NCBI GenBank assembly: GCA_051747585.1
Contig: JBNJGH010000011.1
Span: forward strand, 1-48,766
From: Candidatus Rifleibacteriota bacterium
GTDB lineage: Bacteria; Muiribacteriota; Ozemobacteria; Ozemobacterales; Ozemobacteraceae
Direction: 5' to 3'
DNA: 48,766 bases
Made by a program: the position numbers and the translations under genes. The notes beneath the pieces are model-generated. The model searched no databases, had not been told where the DNA came from, and was given only the letters and a program-made list of their open reading frames with translations. Positions within the stretch are counted from its first letter, which is position 1. Every line of letters begins with the position of its first letter. Below are positions 9,028 through 19,028 of this stretch, piece after piece.

Positions 9028-12000
9028 TTATCTGAGAAATTCCATCAAGCTTGTCTGCATCACCCTTGATCCTGTCTGTAAAGCTGCCTGATATGCAGTT
9101 TCCAGTTCAGTCATCCGGACAATAGCTTCAGCCATATCTATATCTTCGACACTTGAGAGCATTTTCTTTAGGTTTAATGTAATATTTTCCTGTTTTTCTT
9201 TGGTAGCCATTACCCGATTGCTCTTAGTCCCGACCTCTGCGTGTAAATTAAGTATTCGTTGGAGGTCTTCATCGACCATCTTAATACTTTCTTCGGAAAT
9301 CGCCTTTGCGTCATTTCGCAACAGGTTATCGCGCAGATCCATCAATGTGGTAAATACCGAAGGAGAGTTGCCCAGGCCCAGAGACGACGCCACATTAGGA
9401 TTTCCCTCGGCCAGGTCACGAACTTTGATATATGGCTCTCCATTGGTGTTAGTAAGGTTTATTTTCTTACCATCATCTGATATCCATGCCTGGATATTGA
9501 AATTTGCATCAGTGTTGGAGAATTTATCAATCAGGTCTCCAACCGTTTCAGCTCCTGAAAGATCAATTTCACCGGAAAATTCTCCACTTTGGACGTAAAG
9601 CTTACCAGCTTGAACACCGCCGTCATTTACTTTGAGCGAGCTCAATCTAGTAGAAGCCGTCATGGCCGGATCAATGTCTTTACCAATAAGATTGTGGTCA
9701 ACCGTTCTGCCGGCTATACCAAGATCAAATGCCGAAGTACTGTCAATATCTATAATTTCCATGGTTCCGGTAGCACCGCGATTCTGGTCTATGATCTCGA
9801 TGCCGTTTTGATCCTGGTTTATAGTGGCTTCGACATAAAGCCCGTTAGCCGGATCATTTATTTTATCAAGAATATCGCCAACGTTTTTTGAACCTCTAAG
9901 GTCGATCGCTTTAAAATGCCCAGCTTTATCGGTAATTCTTATATAGCCAAGATTTACACCTGAATTAGATGTTCTGCCGGAATTCAATGCTTTTAATTCA
10001 GTATCTCTTGTAACTGCCGGATCCATATCACGTGAACCGGTCAGGGTTGGCAGCTCCTTAACCATAACGGGAGCACCGGTTAATACATTATCGGTATGGT
10101 TGCTGGTATTGCCGACCAATCCAAGGTCTCGTCCCGTATTGGTTGATTCTTCAACCGTTAAGCCATAATTACCATTTCCCGCTGAAGGATCAGATATAAC
10201 AAATCTATTGGCGGCAGTATCCCAGGTAGCTTCAAATTTTCCAGTATTGTTAATCTCATCTACCACATCTCCTATTGTTGAAGCACCGGTAAGATCAATA
10301 TCGACAGGCTTATCGTCAGCGCCTCTTATTACCATGAATCCTACTTCAGGAGGATTTGCAAGAGAAGAAAGAGGATCTGCCAGAGTAAGGCCGGATGGAA
10401 CAAGAGAGTCACCGACTACCGTGTTTCCCTGAGAACTTTTTAACAGACCCAGGTTTTTAGCTACAGTAGTGGTTTCTTTAACTTTAACCGGGTTACCGTC
10501 ATAAACTTCTTCTATTTTAAAATCGTTTGCTCCGGCTGTGTTGTCGGTAATTAAAATTCTTTTGCCGGCAAAATCAAAAGAGGCTGTCTGGCTACCGCCG
10601 GTTTGAGAATTGATTTCATCGATTACATCTTGAGGAGTTAAAACTTTTGTAAGATCGACTCTATTTGCAACTCCATCGTGACCGGTAATTTCAATGTAAC
10701 CGGACTCGACCCCTTTACCATCATTCAAAAAACTCAAGGGCGTAGCTTCCGATTCCATATCGGAATCGAAATTTGAGTAAATCTGATTGCCGACACCGAC
10801 GTTTTTAGCCATACCAAGATCAGCTGCAACATGTGGGGCAAGATCATCTATAAAAAGCTGTGTTCTGCTTGAATCTATAGAAAAATCGCCACCTCCACCG
10901 GTAATATCAGTAACATCAATGCGATTATGGATCATGTCGAACTTAGCCTGAACACTTGCGCCACCGTCAACGTCATTAATGATATCGACCACATCGCCAA
11001 CTGTTGTTGCAGCGGTAATGTCAACTCTGTGATTACGTCCATCTCGGGTATTTATATTTAGATATCCTTCTGGAACACCCAGACCGTCATTGAGATCAGT
11101 TAAATTAGTAGATTCGGAAAGCATTTTTGAGTCAGAATGCCCAATCAAAGTCTTGCTTTTGCCTGCGTTTCGATAAAGCCCAAGAGACGCTGCCGTGTCG
11201 GAAGGCACTTCTTCAATTCCAGCTTCAAAAGAACGAGTTTCATTAATAATTCCGATTACATCATCGAGGGTGTGAGCAGATGAAAGATCAATTTTATGCT
11301 CAACATCATTCTGATCGGTAACTATTATGCTGCCTTCCTGCATACCTCTGCCAAGATTGAGCATGCCAACAGGAAGACTTTTTTCGAGTGGCGGGAATGT
11401 ATACTCAAAACCTGGTGTTGAAGTAATTTCACTGGTACCAAAAAAGACTTCATGACCGGTAACACTTTTATCTATAAGAGTGCCTCGATCAATTTCAACG
11501 CCGATACGTTTGTTATCCCCATTGTAATTAACCGCCACCGGATTGTTCAAATTTACGTCTTCACGCACTTCTCCCAGAGAATGAGTAACCATATTGGAAT
11601 TTCCGTTAGAATCCTTACCGGTAAGATATTCAAAAGGCTTTTTATCGACGTCATGACCTGCAAATATATATTGCCCGGCAACATTTGTATTGCCGACATC
11701 TATCAGGTGTTTCATCAATTCATCGATCTCTTCGGCAATCGCATCGCGATCTTCCTGAACCAGAGAGTCATTCGCTCCTTGAACGGCAAGCTCTCGAACT
11801 CTTTGAATAGATGTTTCAATCGTGGTAAAAGAAGAATCTATATTTTGATACCACTGCTCGGCATTATCGACATTTGAAGAAAATTGTTTGTTTTCAACTA
11901 TTTCAGTTTTATACAGCATTGAAAGAGCGTTGGCAGTAGGATCTTCAGAAGGCTTAAGAATTTTCTTACCCGAACTGACCTTTATCTGCATGTCGCTAAG

Positions 12001-12066
12001 GCTGGAATTGTTTCGATTTATCTGATTAATAAACGAGTTGGTTATATACTGATTTGTTACCCGCAT
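9028..12066 (-). CDS. flgL: Hook-associated protein 3 FlgL, giant (1012 aa)
   Basis: MRVTNQ...SSGKKILKPSEDP...QRVRELAVQGAN...GQYIFAG; C-terminal LSSVEDIDMAEAI...AYQAALQ...SLMEFLR; downstream of flgK. Confidence 0.95.
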   Translation of the reverse strand: MRVTNQYITNSFINQINRNNSSLSDMQIKVSSGKKILKPSEDPTANALSMLYKTEIVENKQFSSNVDNAEQWYQNIDSSFTTIETSIQRVRELAVQGANDSLVQEDRDAIAEEIDELMKHLIDVGNTNVAGQYIFAGHDVDKKPFEYLTGKDSNGNSNMVTHSLGEVREDVNLNNPVAVNYNGDNKRIGVEIDRGTLIDKSVTGHEVFFGTSEITSTPGFEYTFPPLEKSLPVGMLNLGRGMQEGSIIVTDQNDVEHKIDLSSAHTLDDVIGIINETRSFEAGIEEVPSDTAASLGLYRNAGKSKTLIGHSDSKMLSESTNLTDLNDGLGVPEGYLNINTRDGRNHRVDITAATTVGDVVDIINDVDGGASVQAKFDMIHNRIDVTDITGGGGDFSIDSSRTQLFIDDLAPHVAADLGMAKNVGVGNQIYSNFDSDMESEATPLSFLNDGKGVESGYIEITGHDGVANRVDLTKVLTPQDVIDEINSQTGGSQTASFDFAGKRILITDNTAGANDFKIEEVYDGNPVKVKETTTVAKNLGLLKSSQGNTVVGDSLVPSGLTLADPLSSLANPPEVGFMVIRGADDKPVDIDLTGASTIGDVVDEINNTGKFEATWDTAANRFVISDPSAGNGNYGLTVEESTNTGRDLGLVGNTSNHTDNVLTGAPVMVKELPTLTGSRDMDPAVTRDTELKALNSGRTSNSGVNLGYIRITDKAGHFKAIDLRGSKNVGDILDKINDPANGLYVEATINQDQNGIEIIDQNRGATGTMEIIDIDSTSAFDLGIAGRTVDHNLIGKDIDPAMTASTRLSSLKVNDGGVQAGKLYVQSGEFSGEIDLSGAETVGDLIDKFSNTDANFNIQAWISDDGKKINLTNTNGEPYIKVRDLAEGNPNVASSLGLGNSPSVFTTLMDLRDNLLRNDAKAISEESIKMVDEDLQRILNLHAEVGTKSNRVMATKEKQENITLNLKKMLSSVEDIDMAEAIVRMTELETAYQAALQTGSRVMQTSLMEFLR

Positions 12067-12104
12067 TCAGATTGCCTCCATCTTTCTTTCCGAATTAATC
12101 CGGA

Positions 12105-14105
12105 CTAAATCATGCCGTTAATAATTTTATCCAGCATTTGATCTACTGTAGTAATGACCTTAGCCGCAGCATTATATGCATGCTGAAACTTGATCAGATT
12201 AGCCAGTTCTTCATCGAGAGAAACACCCGACACTTCAGCTCTTTTTGCATCGAGCTGGGTCATAAGACCTTCGCTGTATTCTGATTTCCGGGCATATCTT
12301 TCACTTATGCCTGCCACGTCGGTGACCATCTCATTGTAAAAGTCATTAAAGTTAGATTCGCCTTCGTTAAAAAAGTTTTCGAACTTTAATTGAGCAATTT
12401 TTATTGCGTTTGAGCCGTCACCATCACCGTTATAAGTTCTTAGCCTATCGGTAGCGTTTTCAATTGTTCCATCGGCTGCGGCAATTTTTTCAATATTCGT
12501 ACTAATTTCTTTATTAATAGCCATATTCTGAACAAAATTTTTGTGGGGATTGTTCTTATCGACCGAAGTGAATGGCTCAAAAAAGTTTCTACCGGTTTTG
12601 CCGTCAAGACCATAACCATTGCGATGGACCTGATTCGTTTCGGTTGCCAGGGTATAAGCCAACTTATCGAGCTGACCGAGTACAGAATCAATCGTTTCAT
12701 CGCGAACCTCAAGCAAGCCCTTTAATCGTCCACTTGTTACAGTGGGTCTCAAATCTATATTGGTAACTCCAGTTCCATTCAAATATAAAGTAGCGCCGGG
12801 AATCACGTCTGTTACCCTGTTTTTCGATGAATAGAATTCTTCACCGGCAAAATTAAATCGGGCATCCTGTGCTTCTTTATTTGTCTGAAGGTTCAATACG
12901 GTTATAAGGTTACTGGTACCGTCTTCTGAGGTTATTTCATATTCACTACCCGTATGTGAAGCTTCAAGTTCAAGCTGACCGGATTCGTTAATTGATGCGT
13001 TTACATTCAGGTTGGCTTCATCAATCATAGTAGCCAGCCCCTGCATATCGGTATTATCTGCATCTAGATAAAATTCACGTCCGTTAATTTGAAAACTACC
13101 ACTGGTTATACCAAAATCAGATAAAGGCCCGTTTAACGGATGGAAAGTCAGATATGAATATTGTTCATTTGCCTGTGCGCGTTGCGAAACGGTAAGAGTT
13201 ATATTTCGCTGCTCAGCAGTATATTGCAAAGAAGCGGTAGCTACATCGGGATTTTCTGATAATTCCGGATAGCCACGTGAACCGGCAACTGTAGTAGCAC
13301 TTTCCCCATCCTTAACTGAAATATGCAGCTCGTTCACCGCTGTGTCTTGAACAAGAGTATGAGCCCCAACATTGACGGTAAGCGCGCCATCCTTATTGTA
13401 AAAGGAATCTACATTAACAAGTTCAGCAAGCTTTTCCAGAGCCAGTTGTCTCTGATCACGAAGATCGTTGGCAACGTTGACATTTGTTTCTGAGCGATTA
13501 ATCTGCTCATTAAGGTTTCCAAGTTGATGAGCAAGATTATTAATTTCTTTAACCGTATCTTGAACCTGGTTTTCTATACTACCTTGAGCAACATGTCCGG
13601 GAGTACCTTTGAGATATCTGAGTTGAGACTCAATTTCCTGAAAGCTTTCGACCAAAGTGGTTGATTCTTCATGAAGATTGCGCCTTAAAGCAGTATTAGA
13701 AGCGTCAGTAGACAAGGTTTCCCATGCCGACCAGTATTTATCGAGCTGGTCACGTAGAGTTGCGCTGCCAGGTTCGTTTAAAATCGCCTCTACCTGTTTG
13801 AGAAGATCGTCTGCAGTTGAATTCCAGTTTAAAGTGGAGGTTTCGTCAGTTATTTTTGCATCAATGAATTGATCACGAAATTGCTGAATTTTGGCAACCG
13901 AAGCTCCAGTTCCTACCTGCTGAGCAGTAACAGGGGCATTCAAGCTGGTAATCATATAGGGCCGATTAGCCTCCATTACAGCGCGTTGCCTTGAATAGCC
14001 CTCGGTATTCGCGTTGGCAATATTATGCGATGTAACATTCATCGCTTTTTTCTGGGTAAAAATTCCGGTTTTACCGATTTGCAGCCCGAAAAAAGAACTA
14101 GCCAT
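12105..14105 (-). CDS. flgK: Hook-associated protein 1 FlgK (666 aa)
   Basis: TSHNIANANTEGYSRQR, ANDLRDQR, SGRLKGLLEVRD, C-terminal VSGVSLDEELANLIKFQHAYNAAAKVI. Confidence 0.96.
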   Translation of the reverse strand: MASSFFGLQIGKTGIFTQKKAMNVTSHNIANANTEGYSRQRAVMEANRPYMITSLNAPVTAQQVGTGASVAKIQQFRDQFIDAKITDETSTLNWNSTADDLLKQVEAILNEPGSATLRDQLDKYWSAWETLSTDASNTALRRNLHEESTTLVESFQEIESQLRYLKGTPGHVAQGSIENQVQDTVKEINNLAHQLGNLNEQINRSETNVNVANDLRDQRQLALEKLAELVNVDSFYNKDGALTVNVGAHTLVQDTAVNELHISVKDGESATTVAGSRGYPELSENPDVATASLQYTAEQRNITLTVSQRAQANEQYSYLTFHPLNGPLSDFGITSGSFQINGREFYLDADNTDMQGLATMIDEANLNVNASINESGQLELEASHTGSEYEITSEDGTSNLITVLNLQTNKEAQDARFNFAGEEFYSSKNRVTDVIPGATLYLNGTGVTNIDLRPTVTSGRLKGLLEVRDETIDSVLGQLDKLAYTLATETNQVHRNGYGLDGKTGRNFFEPFTSVDKNNPHKNFVQNMAINKEISTNIEKIAAADGTIENATDRLRTYNGDGDGSNAIKIAQLKFENFFNEGESNFNDFYNEMVTDVAGISERYARKSEYSEGLMTQLDAKRAEVSGVSLDEELANLIKFQHAYNAAAKVITTVDQMLDKIINGMI

Positions 14106-14182
14106 CGCCGGCCTCCTTAATTAAAAGATGACCTGTATATTTTTTTATGGCCATCCGGAAAAATATTTTTTCCCTATAATCT

Positions 14183-14210
14183 TTATCGGCGATACTGAGT
14201 TGTTAATTTA
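14183..14210 (-). promoter_or_regulatory. Sigma28 promoter of flgK-flgL-fliW-csrA
   Basis: TAAA-N16-GCCGATAA with perfect boxes. Confidence 0.88.
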
Positions 14211-14219
14211 GCTAAAATA

Positions 14220-14278
14220 AAAACTTTTCATCAGCAACAACTCCTGAATCAAATCAGGAGCGGCTGATGAAAAGTTTT
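14220..14278 (-). terminator. Long stem-loop after flgN (terminator or processing site)
   Basis: AAAACTTTTCATCAGC (14220-14235) / GCTGATGAAAAGTTTT (14263-14278), with inner CTCCTGA/TCAGGAG stem. Confidence 0.65.
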
Positions 14279-14287
14279 GCCTTTTTT

Positions 14288-14770
14288 TCAGGCTTTGCGA
14301 TCAATCAACGACGGATTTTTCTGGGTATTCTGCTTACCACCTGCTCCATAAGTAACATCCTTTGGAGCTCTGGTAATAAGGTTGATAGAATACTGCGTAA
14401 GCTCAAGAGCCTGCTGAAGCAATCGCTGGTTTTCGTCGTTAATTTTTTGAATTGAAGCAACAGCATCTCTGAGTTTGGAGCCTATCATCCATAAGTCAGA
14501 CTTCCCGTCAGATTCAGAAACCAGTTCTACTGCATCTTCGAGACCAGTCTCGGGGCTTCCGGTTATTTTTTCAACCAGTTTACGCCGCTCAGGCTCGAAA
14601 TCAATAAGTCGCTGAACCAGGACTTCTTCTTTGCTGACTATTCCCTGAAGTTCTGTCGAGAATTTCTCGAGCAACAGCTTTTTCTTCTCACGGGCGAGTT
14701 TAAGCAGCTGCTCATAGGTCTCAAGCTCATCAGATAGCGTTGCTATAAGTTGATCTACAGTTTCTTTCAA
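14288..14770 (-). CDS. flgN: Flagellar export chaperone FlgN
   Basis: 160-aa helical protein with INDENQRLLQQAL...TYG...LIDRKA, located between flgM and flgK; TTG start. Confidence 0.88.
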   Translation of the reverse strand: MKETVDQLIATLSDELETYEQLLKLAREKKKLLLEKFSTELQGIVSKEEVLVQRLIDFEPERRKLVEKITGSPETGLEDAVELVSESDGKSDLWMIGSKLRDAVASIQKINDENQRLLQQALELTQYSINLITRAPKDVTYGAGGKQNTQKNPSLIDRKA

Positions 14771-14777
14771 GCGAAGG

Positions 14778-15158
14778 TTATCCTTCCCATGAATCTGTTA
14801 TTGCCCTGTCGTTGTATAATTTTTCTGCGACAGCTTCTGCAGAAACGTTATACTGACCGGCATCAAAGAGTTTTTTGATACGATCAACTTTTTCAGCTCT
14901 GACGTCAGGCTCTCCTGCGACAACCTCTGCAGCGAACTTGACTGTTTCTACCGGATCAGCCTGAGCTACTGGCGAACCGGACAGCACGGGATTATTAGGA
15001 TTAACCCCACTTGGCGGATGAAAAGACCGTTCTTTGTTCTCGACTTTACTGGCAGAATCCTGCATCATTTTGCCGAATTCACCGTCAGCTTTGTCGGTTC
15101 GGGACTTTTTCACCTGGTCCTGATAGATACTTGTTACATTAATATTGGAAACCTTCAT
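14778..15158 (-). CDS. flgM: Anti-sigma28 factor FlgM
   Basis: C-terminal PDVRAEKVDRIKKLFDAGQYNVSAEAVAEKL motif; gene order comF-flgM-flgN. Confidence 0.9.
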   Translation of the reverse strand: MKVSNINVTSIYQDQVKKSRTDKADGEFGKMMQDSASKVENKERSFHPPSGVNPNNPVLSGSPVAQADPVETVKFAAEVVAGEPDVRAEKVDRIKKLFDAGQYNVSAEAVAEKLYNDRAITDSWEG

Positions 15159-15233
15159 GGTTCCTCCTGACTCCCTTGAACGTCTCCCCCTGTATGTCTT
15201 GTTTTAGAAAGCGGGGGACGCCTCCAAAACTGA

Positions 15234-15261
15234 ATATCGGACGAACAAGCGGGTTCATTTA
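15234..15261 (-). promoter_or_regulatory. Sigma28 promoter of flgM-flgN
   Basis: TAAA-N16-TCCGATAT. Confidence 0.82.
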
Positions 15262-15278
15262 GCTAAATTGTAAAATTT

Positions 15279-15307
15279 ATTCTAAAACTCTTTGAACTTA
15301 TTGTCAA
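15279..15307 (-). promoter_or_regulatory. Sigma70-type promoter of flgM-flgN (tandem with the sigma28 promoter)
   Basis: TTGACA-N17-TAGAAT. Confidence 0.72.
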
Positions 15308-15499
15308 TCCTGCTGATAAAAACGCCAGCAATTTTCTCTTTGTTTATTAAAGCCTGAATGGATGATTATTCTAAATAATCGAAAAGAGAGTCCCGATCTC
15401 GATAGCAAATTGCGAAGTTTCTTCGAGTGTCAGGATAGCTATCGATATCGGTATCTAAAAAGATTTCTCAGTGTCCAGGCAAAATTTAATGAAAGAAAA

Positions 15500-16183
15500 C
15501 TAGCTGCGAGATTCTTTTTGCAAAAAAGAATGGGTAACCACCAAAGCGCAGATGCTCGAAGGCTTCAACTGCCTTAACTGTTCGTAGCATTTTTTAATAG
15601 TAGTACCGGTGGTTGCAACATCATCTACTATTACCAGCGATTTTCCAGAGAAACGATTTTTATTTAAAGCATCTGCAAGAGCAAATGCGTCATCGAGATT
15701 TACCAGCCTTTCTTCAGCATCGCACTCTGCCTGTGGCCTGGCATGTCTACTCCGAATCAGTGCGGGAGAATAAATTCCCCCTGCAACTTCAGCAAAAGTT
15801 CTGGCAAGTCGTTCTGCCTGATTAAACCCTCTAGAATTTAATCTCTTTGAAGATAGTGGAACAGGAATAAAAATTTTTTTTTCTTTTGGCCAGCTGTTAA
15901 GTAAATTATTATTTGCAATAATTTGCTCCAACTCTTTTAGTATTTTTTTAGAGGGCCTGTATTTAATCAATCTAATTACATCGGCGACCAATGAATTGTA
16001 CTGGCTTAAAGTATAAACACCAAAATCACAAACAGTATCACTTACCAATTCAGGCTTATGAAGTGCATGTTTAAGGCTTTTGCAACATTTTCCACATAAG
16101 ACCTGATTAAAATTTGTCTGTTGCCGACAAATATGACATCTGAATGGGAAAAATATTTCGAGAATATCTTTTAAAATCTGCAT
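15500..16183 (-). CDS. comF: ComF family protein (Zn ribbon + phosphoribosyltransferase-like)
   Basis: FPFRCHIC...LCGKC, PVPLS..RLNSRGFNQA, VIVDDVATTGTT. Confidence 0.93.
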   Translation of the reverse strand: MQILKDILEIFFPFRCHICRQQTNFNQVLCGKCCKSLKHALHKPELVSDTVCDFGVYTLSQYNSLVADVIRLIKYRPSKKILKELEQIIANNNLLNSWPKEKKIFIPVPLSSKRLNSRGFNQAERLARTFAEVAGGIYSPALIRSRHARPQAECDAEERLVNLDDAFALADALNKNRFSGKSLVIVDDVATTGTTIKKCYEQLRQLKPSSICALVVTHSFLQKESRS

Positions 16184-16206
16184 TATTACATAATAAATTA
16201 TTCATT

Positions 16207-16245
16207 AAAAAAGCTGAGCCCATTGCTATAAAACGAGCTCAGCTT
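16207..16245 (-). terminator. Intrinsic terminator of the bamA-lpxA operon
   Basis: AAGCTGAGC / GCTCAGCTT stem followed by a T run on the minus strand, ~22 nt after the lpxA stop. Confidence 0.7.
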
Positions 16246-16267
16246 GTAAATACCACTGGAATTTTTC

Positions 16268-17074
16268 TCAGTCTTCGCCGCCGGCAGAAGATCTGCGCGT
16301 TCTTTTATAGACCCCACGATTTGATTTGTCTAAAAAGGTCCGGAATTGACTTACAAGCGGATCTGAGCTTTCTACAAGCTCATTCCATTTTTCTTTCAAT
16401 TGTGAAACGTTCATTCCTGAACGGAAAAATACCTTATAAAGATGTCTTATTTTGCTGATCGACTCTTTAGGAACGTCGTTTCGTCTTAGCCCAACAGCGT
16501 TAAGACCGACAACACGCGCCGGATTACCGTCTATTTTTATAAACGGAGGAACATCTTTAACAATTTTGCTCATGCCACCAATCATAACCATGCAACCAAC
16601 CTTACAGAACTGATGAATACCGGTAAACCCGCCAAGGACAGCCCGGTCACCTACTTCAACATGTCCCGCCAGGGTTGCGCAATTAGACATAATATTATTG
16701 CTGCCCACCTTACAGTTATGAGCGATATGAACATACGCCATAAAAAGATTACCATCGCCAATAATGGTAGAATTGCCTTCGCCCTCAGCCAGATGGACAG
16801 TTACGCATTCTCTGAAATGATTGCCATCACCAATCTTTATATAAGACTTTTCCCCTTTAAACTTCAAATCCTGGGGCGGCTGACCTATATTAACCGAAGG
16901 TGAAATTACATTATTTTTCCCAATAGTTGTGAAGCCATCGATATTACAATTGGAACTGACAGTTGTATTTTCGCCGATCTCAACATTGGGGCCAATGACT
17001 GTAAAAGGACCAACTTTTACTGTAGAATGGAGTTTCGCTCCTGGAGCTATGACGGCCATCGGATGTACAGACAT
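16268..17074 (-). CDS. lpxA: UDP-N-acetylglucosamine acyltransferase
   Basis: Hexapeptide repeats, PQDLKFKGE, MAYVHIAHNC, LAGHV, IHQFC, KDVPPF...G.NAVGLRR. Confidence 0.97.
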   Translation of the reverse strand: MSVHPMAVIAPGAKLHSTVKVGPFTVIGPNVEIGENTTVSSNCNIDGFTTIGKNNVISPSVNIGQPPQDLKFKGEKSYIKIGDGNHFRECVTVHLAEGEGNSTIIGDGNLFMAYVHIAHNCKVGSNNIMSNCATLAGHVEVGDRAVLGGFTGIHQFCKVGCMVMIGGMSKIVKDVPPFIKIDGNPARVVGLNAVGLRRNDVPKESISKIRHLYKVFFRSGMNVSQLKEKWNELVESSDPLVSQFRTFLDKSNRGVYKRTRRSSAGGED

Positions 17075-17099
17075 TGTCGTCTCCCTTCTCTTAATCAGT

Positions 17100-18392
17100 T
17101 TAAACTAACTGAAACATCAGCTCGCCACCAGTGACAAGCTCGCCATCTACTCTGGCTTCAGCTTCAACTTTGCCGGTGTTTTTACGAACTCTTAAAACCT
17201 TGACCTTAAATTCAAGTCGATCTCCAGGCACAACAGGCCTTCTAAATCTAACCTTATCTATACCGCAAAAGAAAGGAACTTTTCCTTTATTCTCGATCTG
17301 AGATAAAAACAAAACCCCTGCAACCTGGGCCATGGCTTCTATTATTAGAACACCCGGCATAACAGGTTTGTCGGGAAAATGGCCATTAAAAAATTCTTCA
17401 TTGGCCGTAACGTTTTTAATCCCGACAATCGACTCACCAGGCACGACAGAAAGAATTCTATCAACCAGCAGAAAAGGATAACGGTGTGGTAAAACATTTT
17501 TGATGTCTTCAATATACATCCTTTGAGAGTCCTTTCTTTGCTGTTTTTGGCAAAACTTTTCTTTAAGAGCTTTAGCAAACCTTACATTAAAACCGTGACC
17601 GGTTTTTTCGGCTATAAAATGCCCTTTAATTTTTTTGCCGAGCAGCGCAAAATCACCGATAAAATCTAAAATTTTATGTAATACAAACTCATTAGGAATT
17701 CTGATGCCATCAGAATTCTTAATTTTTCCATCATTTCCGATTATAATTGCATTTTCAAGGCTACCGCCGCGGGCCAGATTATTTTTAGCAAGCATTGAAA
17801 ATTCATATTCAAAACCAAAAGTTCTAGCTCTTCCTATAGCGTTTTTATATATATCCCGATCTATGACAACATGTATTGATTGTCGATCTAGAAGATCGTT
17901 GTCATAATCAAGAGTAAAGGTAATTTCAAACTTATCTGACGGCATATAAGCCATAAAACGATTTTTGTCTCTTAACCAGAAAGACTCATTCAAACTAATA
18001 AAATGTCTCTCTGCATTTTGCCTTTGAAGGCCAACCTTCTCAAGTTCTCTATAAAAGACCTCCGCACTCCCGTCACAGGCGGGCGGCTCTTCGTTTGAAA
18101 GTTGAATTAAAACATTATCGATTCCGATTCCCGAAACAGCTGACAGCACATGCTCCGCGGTATGCACTTGAACAGAGTCGTGACGCAGAACAGTTCCACG
18201 ATTAGTTGCGACCACATTTTCCAGACAGGCTTTAATTCGGGGTTTTCCCTCGATATCAACCCGTTCAAACCAGATGCCTGAATTTTCGGGCATGGGAAGG
18301 AAACGAAGTTTTACCGATTTACCTGTGTGTAAACCGATACCTTCAACTTCAACGGGACTATTAATAGTACACTGTTCGGATTTAGCAACCAT
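17100..18392 (-). CDS. lpxC: Bifunctional LpxC deacetylase / FabZ dehydratase fusion
   Basis: [37 protein letters not shown] (LpxC); [33 protein letters not shown] (FabZ). Confidence 0.96.
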   Translation of the reverse strand: MVAKSEQCTINSPVEVEGIGLHTGKSVKLRFLPMPENSGIWFERVDIEGKPRIKACLENVVATNRGTVLRHDSVQVHTAEHVLSAVSGIGIDNVLIQLSNEEPPACDGSAEVFYRELEKVGLQRQNAERHFISLNESFWLRDKNRFMAYMPSDKFEITFTLDYDNDLLDRQSIHVVIDRDIYKNAIGRARTFGFEYEFSMLAKNNLARGGSLENAIIIGNDGKIKNSDGIRIPNEFVLHKILDFIGDFALLGKKIKGHFIAEKTGHGFNVRFAKALKEKFCQKQQRKDSQRMYIEDIKNVLPHRYPFLLVDRILSVVPGESIVGIKNVTANEEFFNGHFPDKPVMPGVLIIEAMAQVAGVLFLSQIENKGKVPFFCGIDKVRFRRPVVPGDRLEFKVKVLRVRKNTGKVEAEARVDGELVTGGELMFQLV

Positions 18393-18395
18393 AAA

Positions 18396-19028
18396 TTAAA
18401 ATGAGCGAATATAATTTAAATTATACATTTCTTCGCGAGAATCTCGCTGAGCTATTTCAAGACTTAGTCCGGGATAAGGACTTAATTTAATCCCAAAAGT
18501 ATTTACTTCATCATTCCTCTCTGCACCTATTGTCACCAGAGGAAAAACCATTTTTTCAAATCCGAAGTAATACCTTTTATCTGTTGATATTGGATCCTTA
18601 TACATGCCGGCATGAAGTTGCACACCAAATGCGTCGATAGACTTCGAAGCAGCAAAATAAAAAATCCTCGAACCCAACTGCTTGTTAAGGTCAGATACGC
18701 CCCAGACGACACTGGGTATAACCAAGTCCTGCTCAAGAATTTTAACCTTGAAGTTTGTAACCGTATTTCCGCTTTCGGCACCATTCATATGTTTAAGCAT
18801 TGAAAATTCGACAAAACGATTCATAAATACCTGAGAAAGAAGCATGGCAGAATGACCGGCATCATTTATATAACACGCCGTCGATCTTGTAAAACCTGTG
18901 GGCATATTAAAAATTGAGGTTCCCATATAATGAAATCTTCTGGGATTTGTCTGCGCATGTAGATTTGCGCTAAAAAGCAGGGCAAACAAAATAGTCACAA
19001 ACAAATAACGCTGAAATGTTAATTTCAT
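18396..19028 (-). CDS. Exported hypothetical protein, probable small outer-membrane beta-barrel (YjbH-like)
   Basis: Signal peptide ending LHA, G..IFNMPT motif, alternating amphipathic strands, C-terminal YNLNYIRSF beta-signal with terminal Phe. Confidence 0.55.
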   Translation of the reverse strand: MKLTFQRYLFVTILFALLFSANLHAQTNPRRFHYMGTSIFNMPTGFTRSTACYINDAGHSAMLLSQVFMNRFVEFSMLKHMNGAESGNTVTNFKVKILEQDLVIPSVVWGVSDLNKQLGSRIFYFAASKSIDAFGVQLHAGMYKDPISTDKRYYFGFEKMVFPLVTIGAERNDEVNTFGIKLSPYPGLSLEIAQRDSREEMYNLNYIRSF

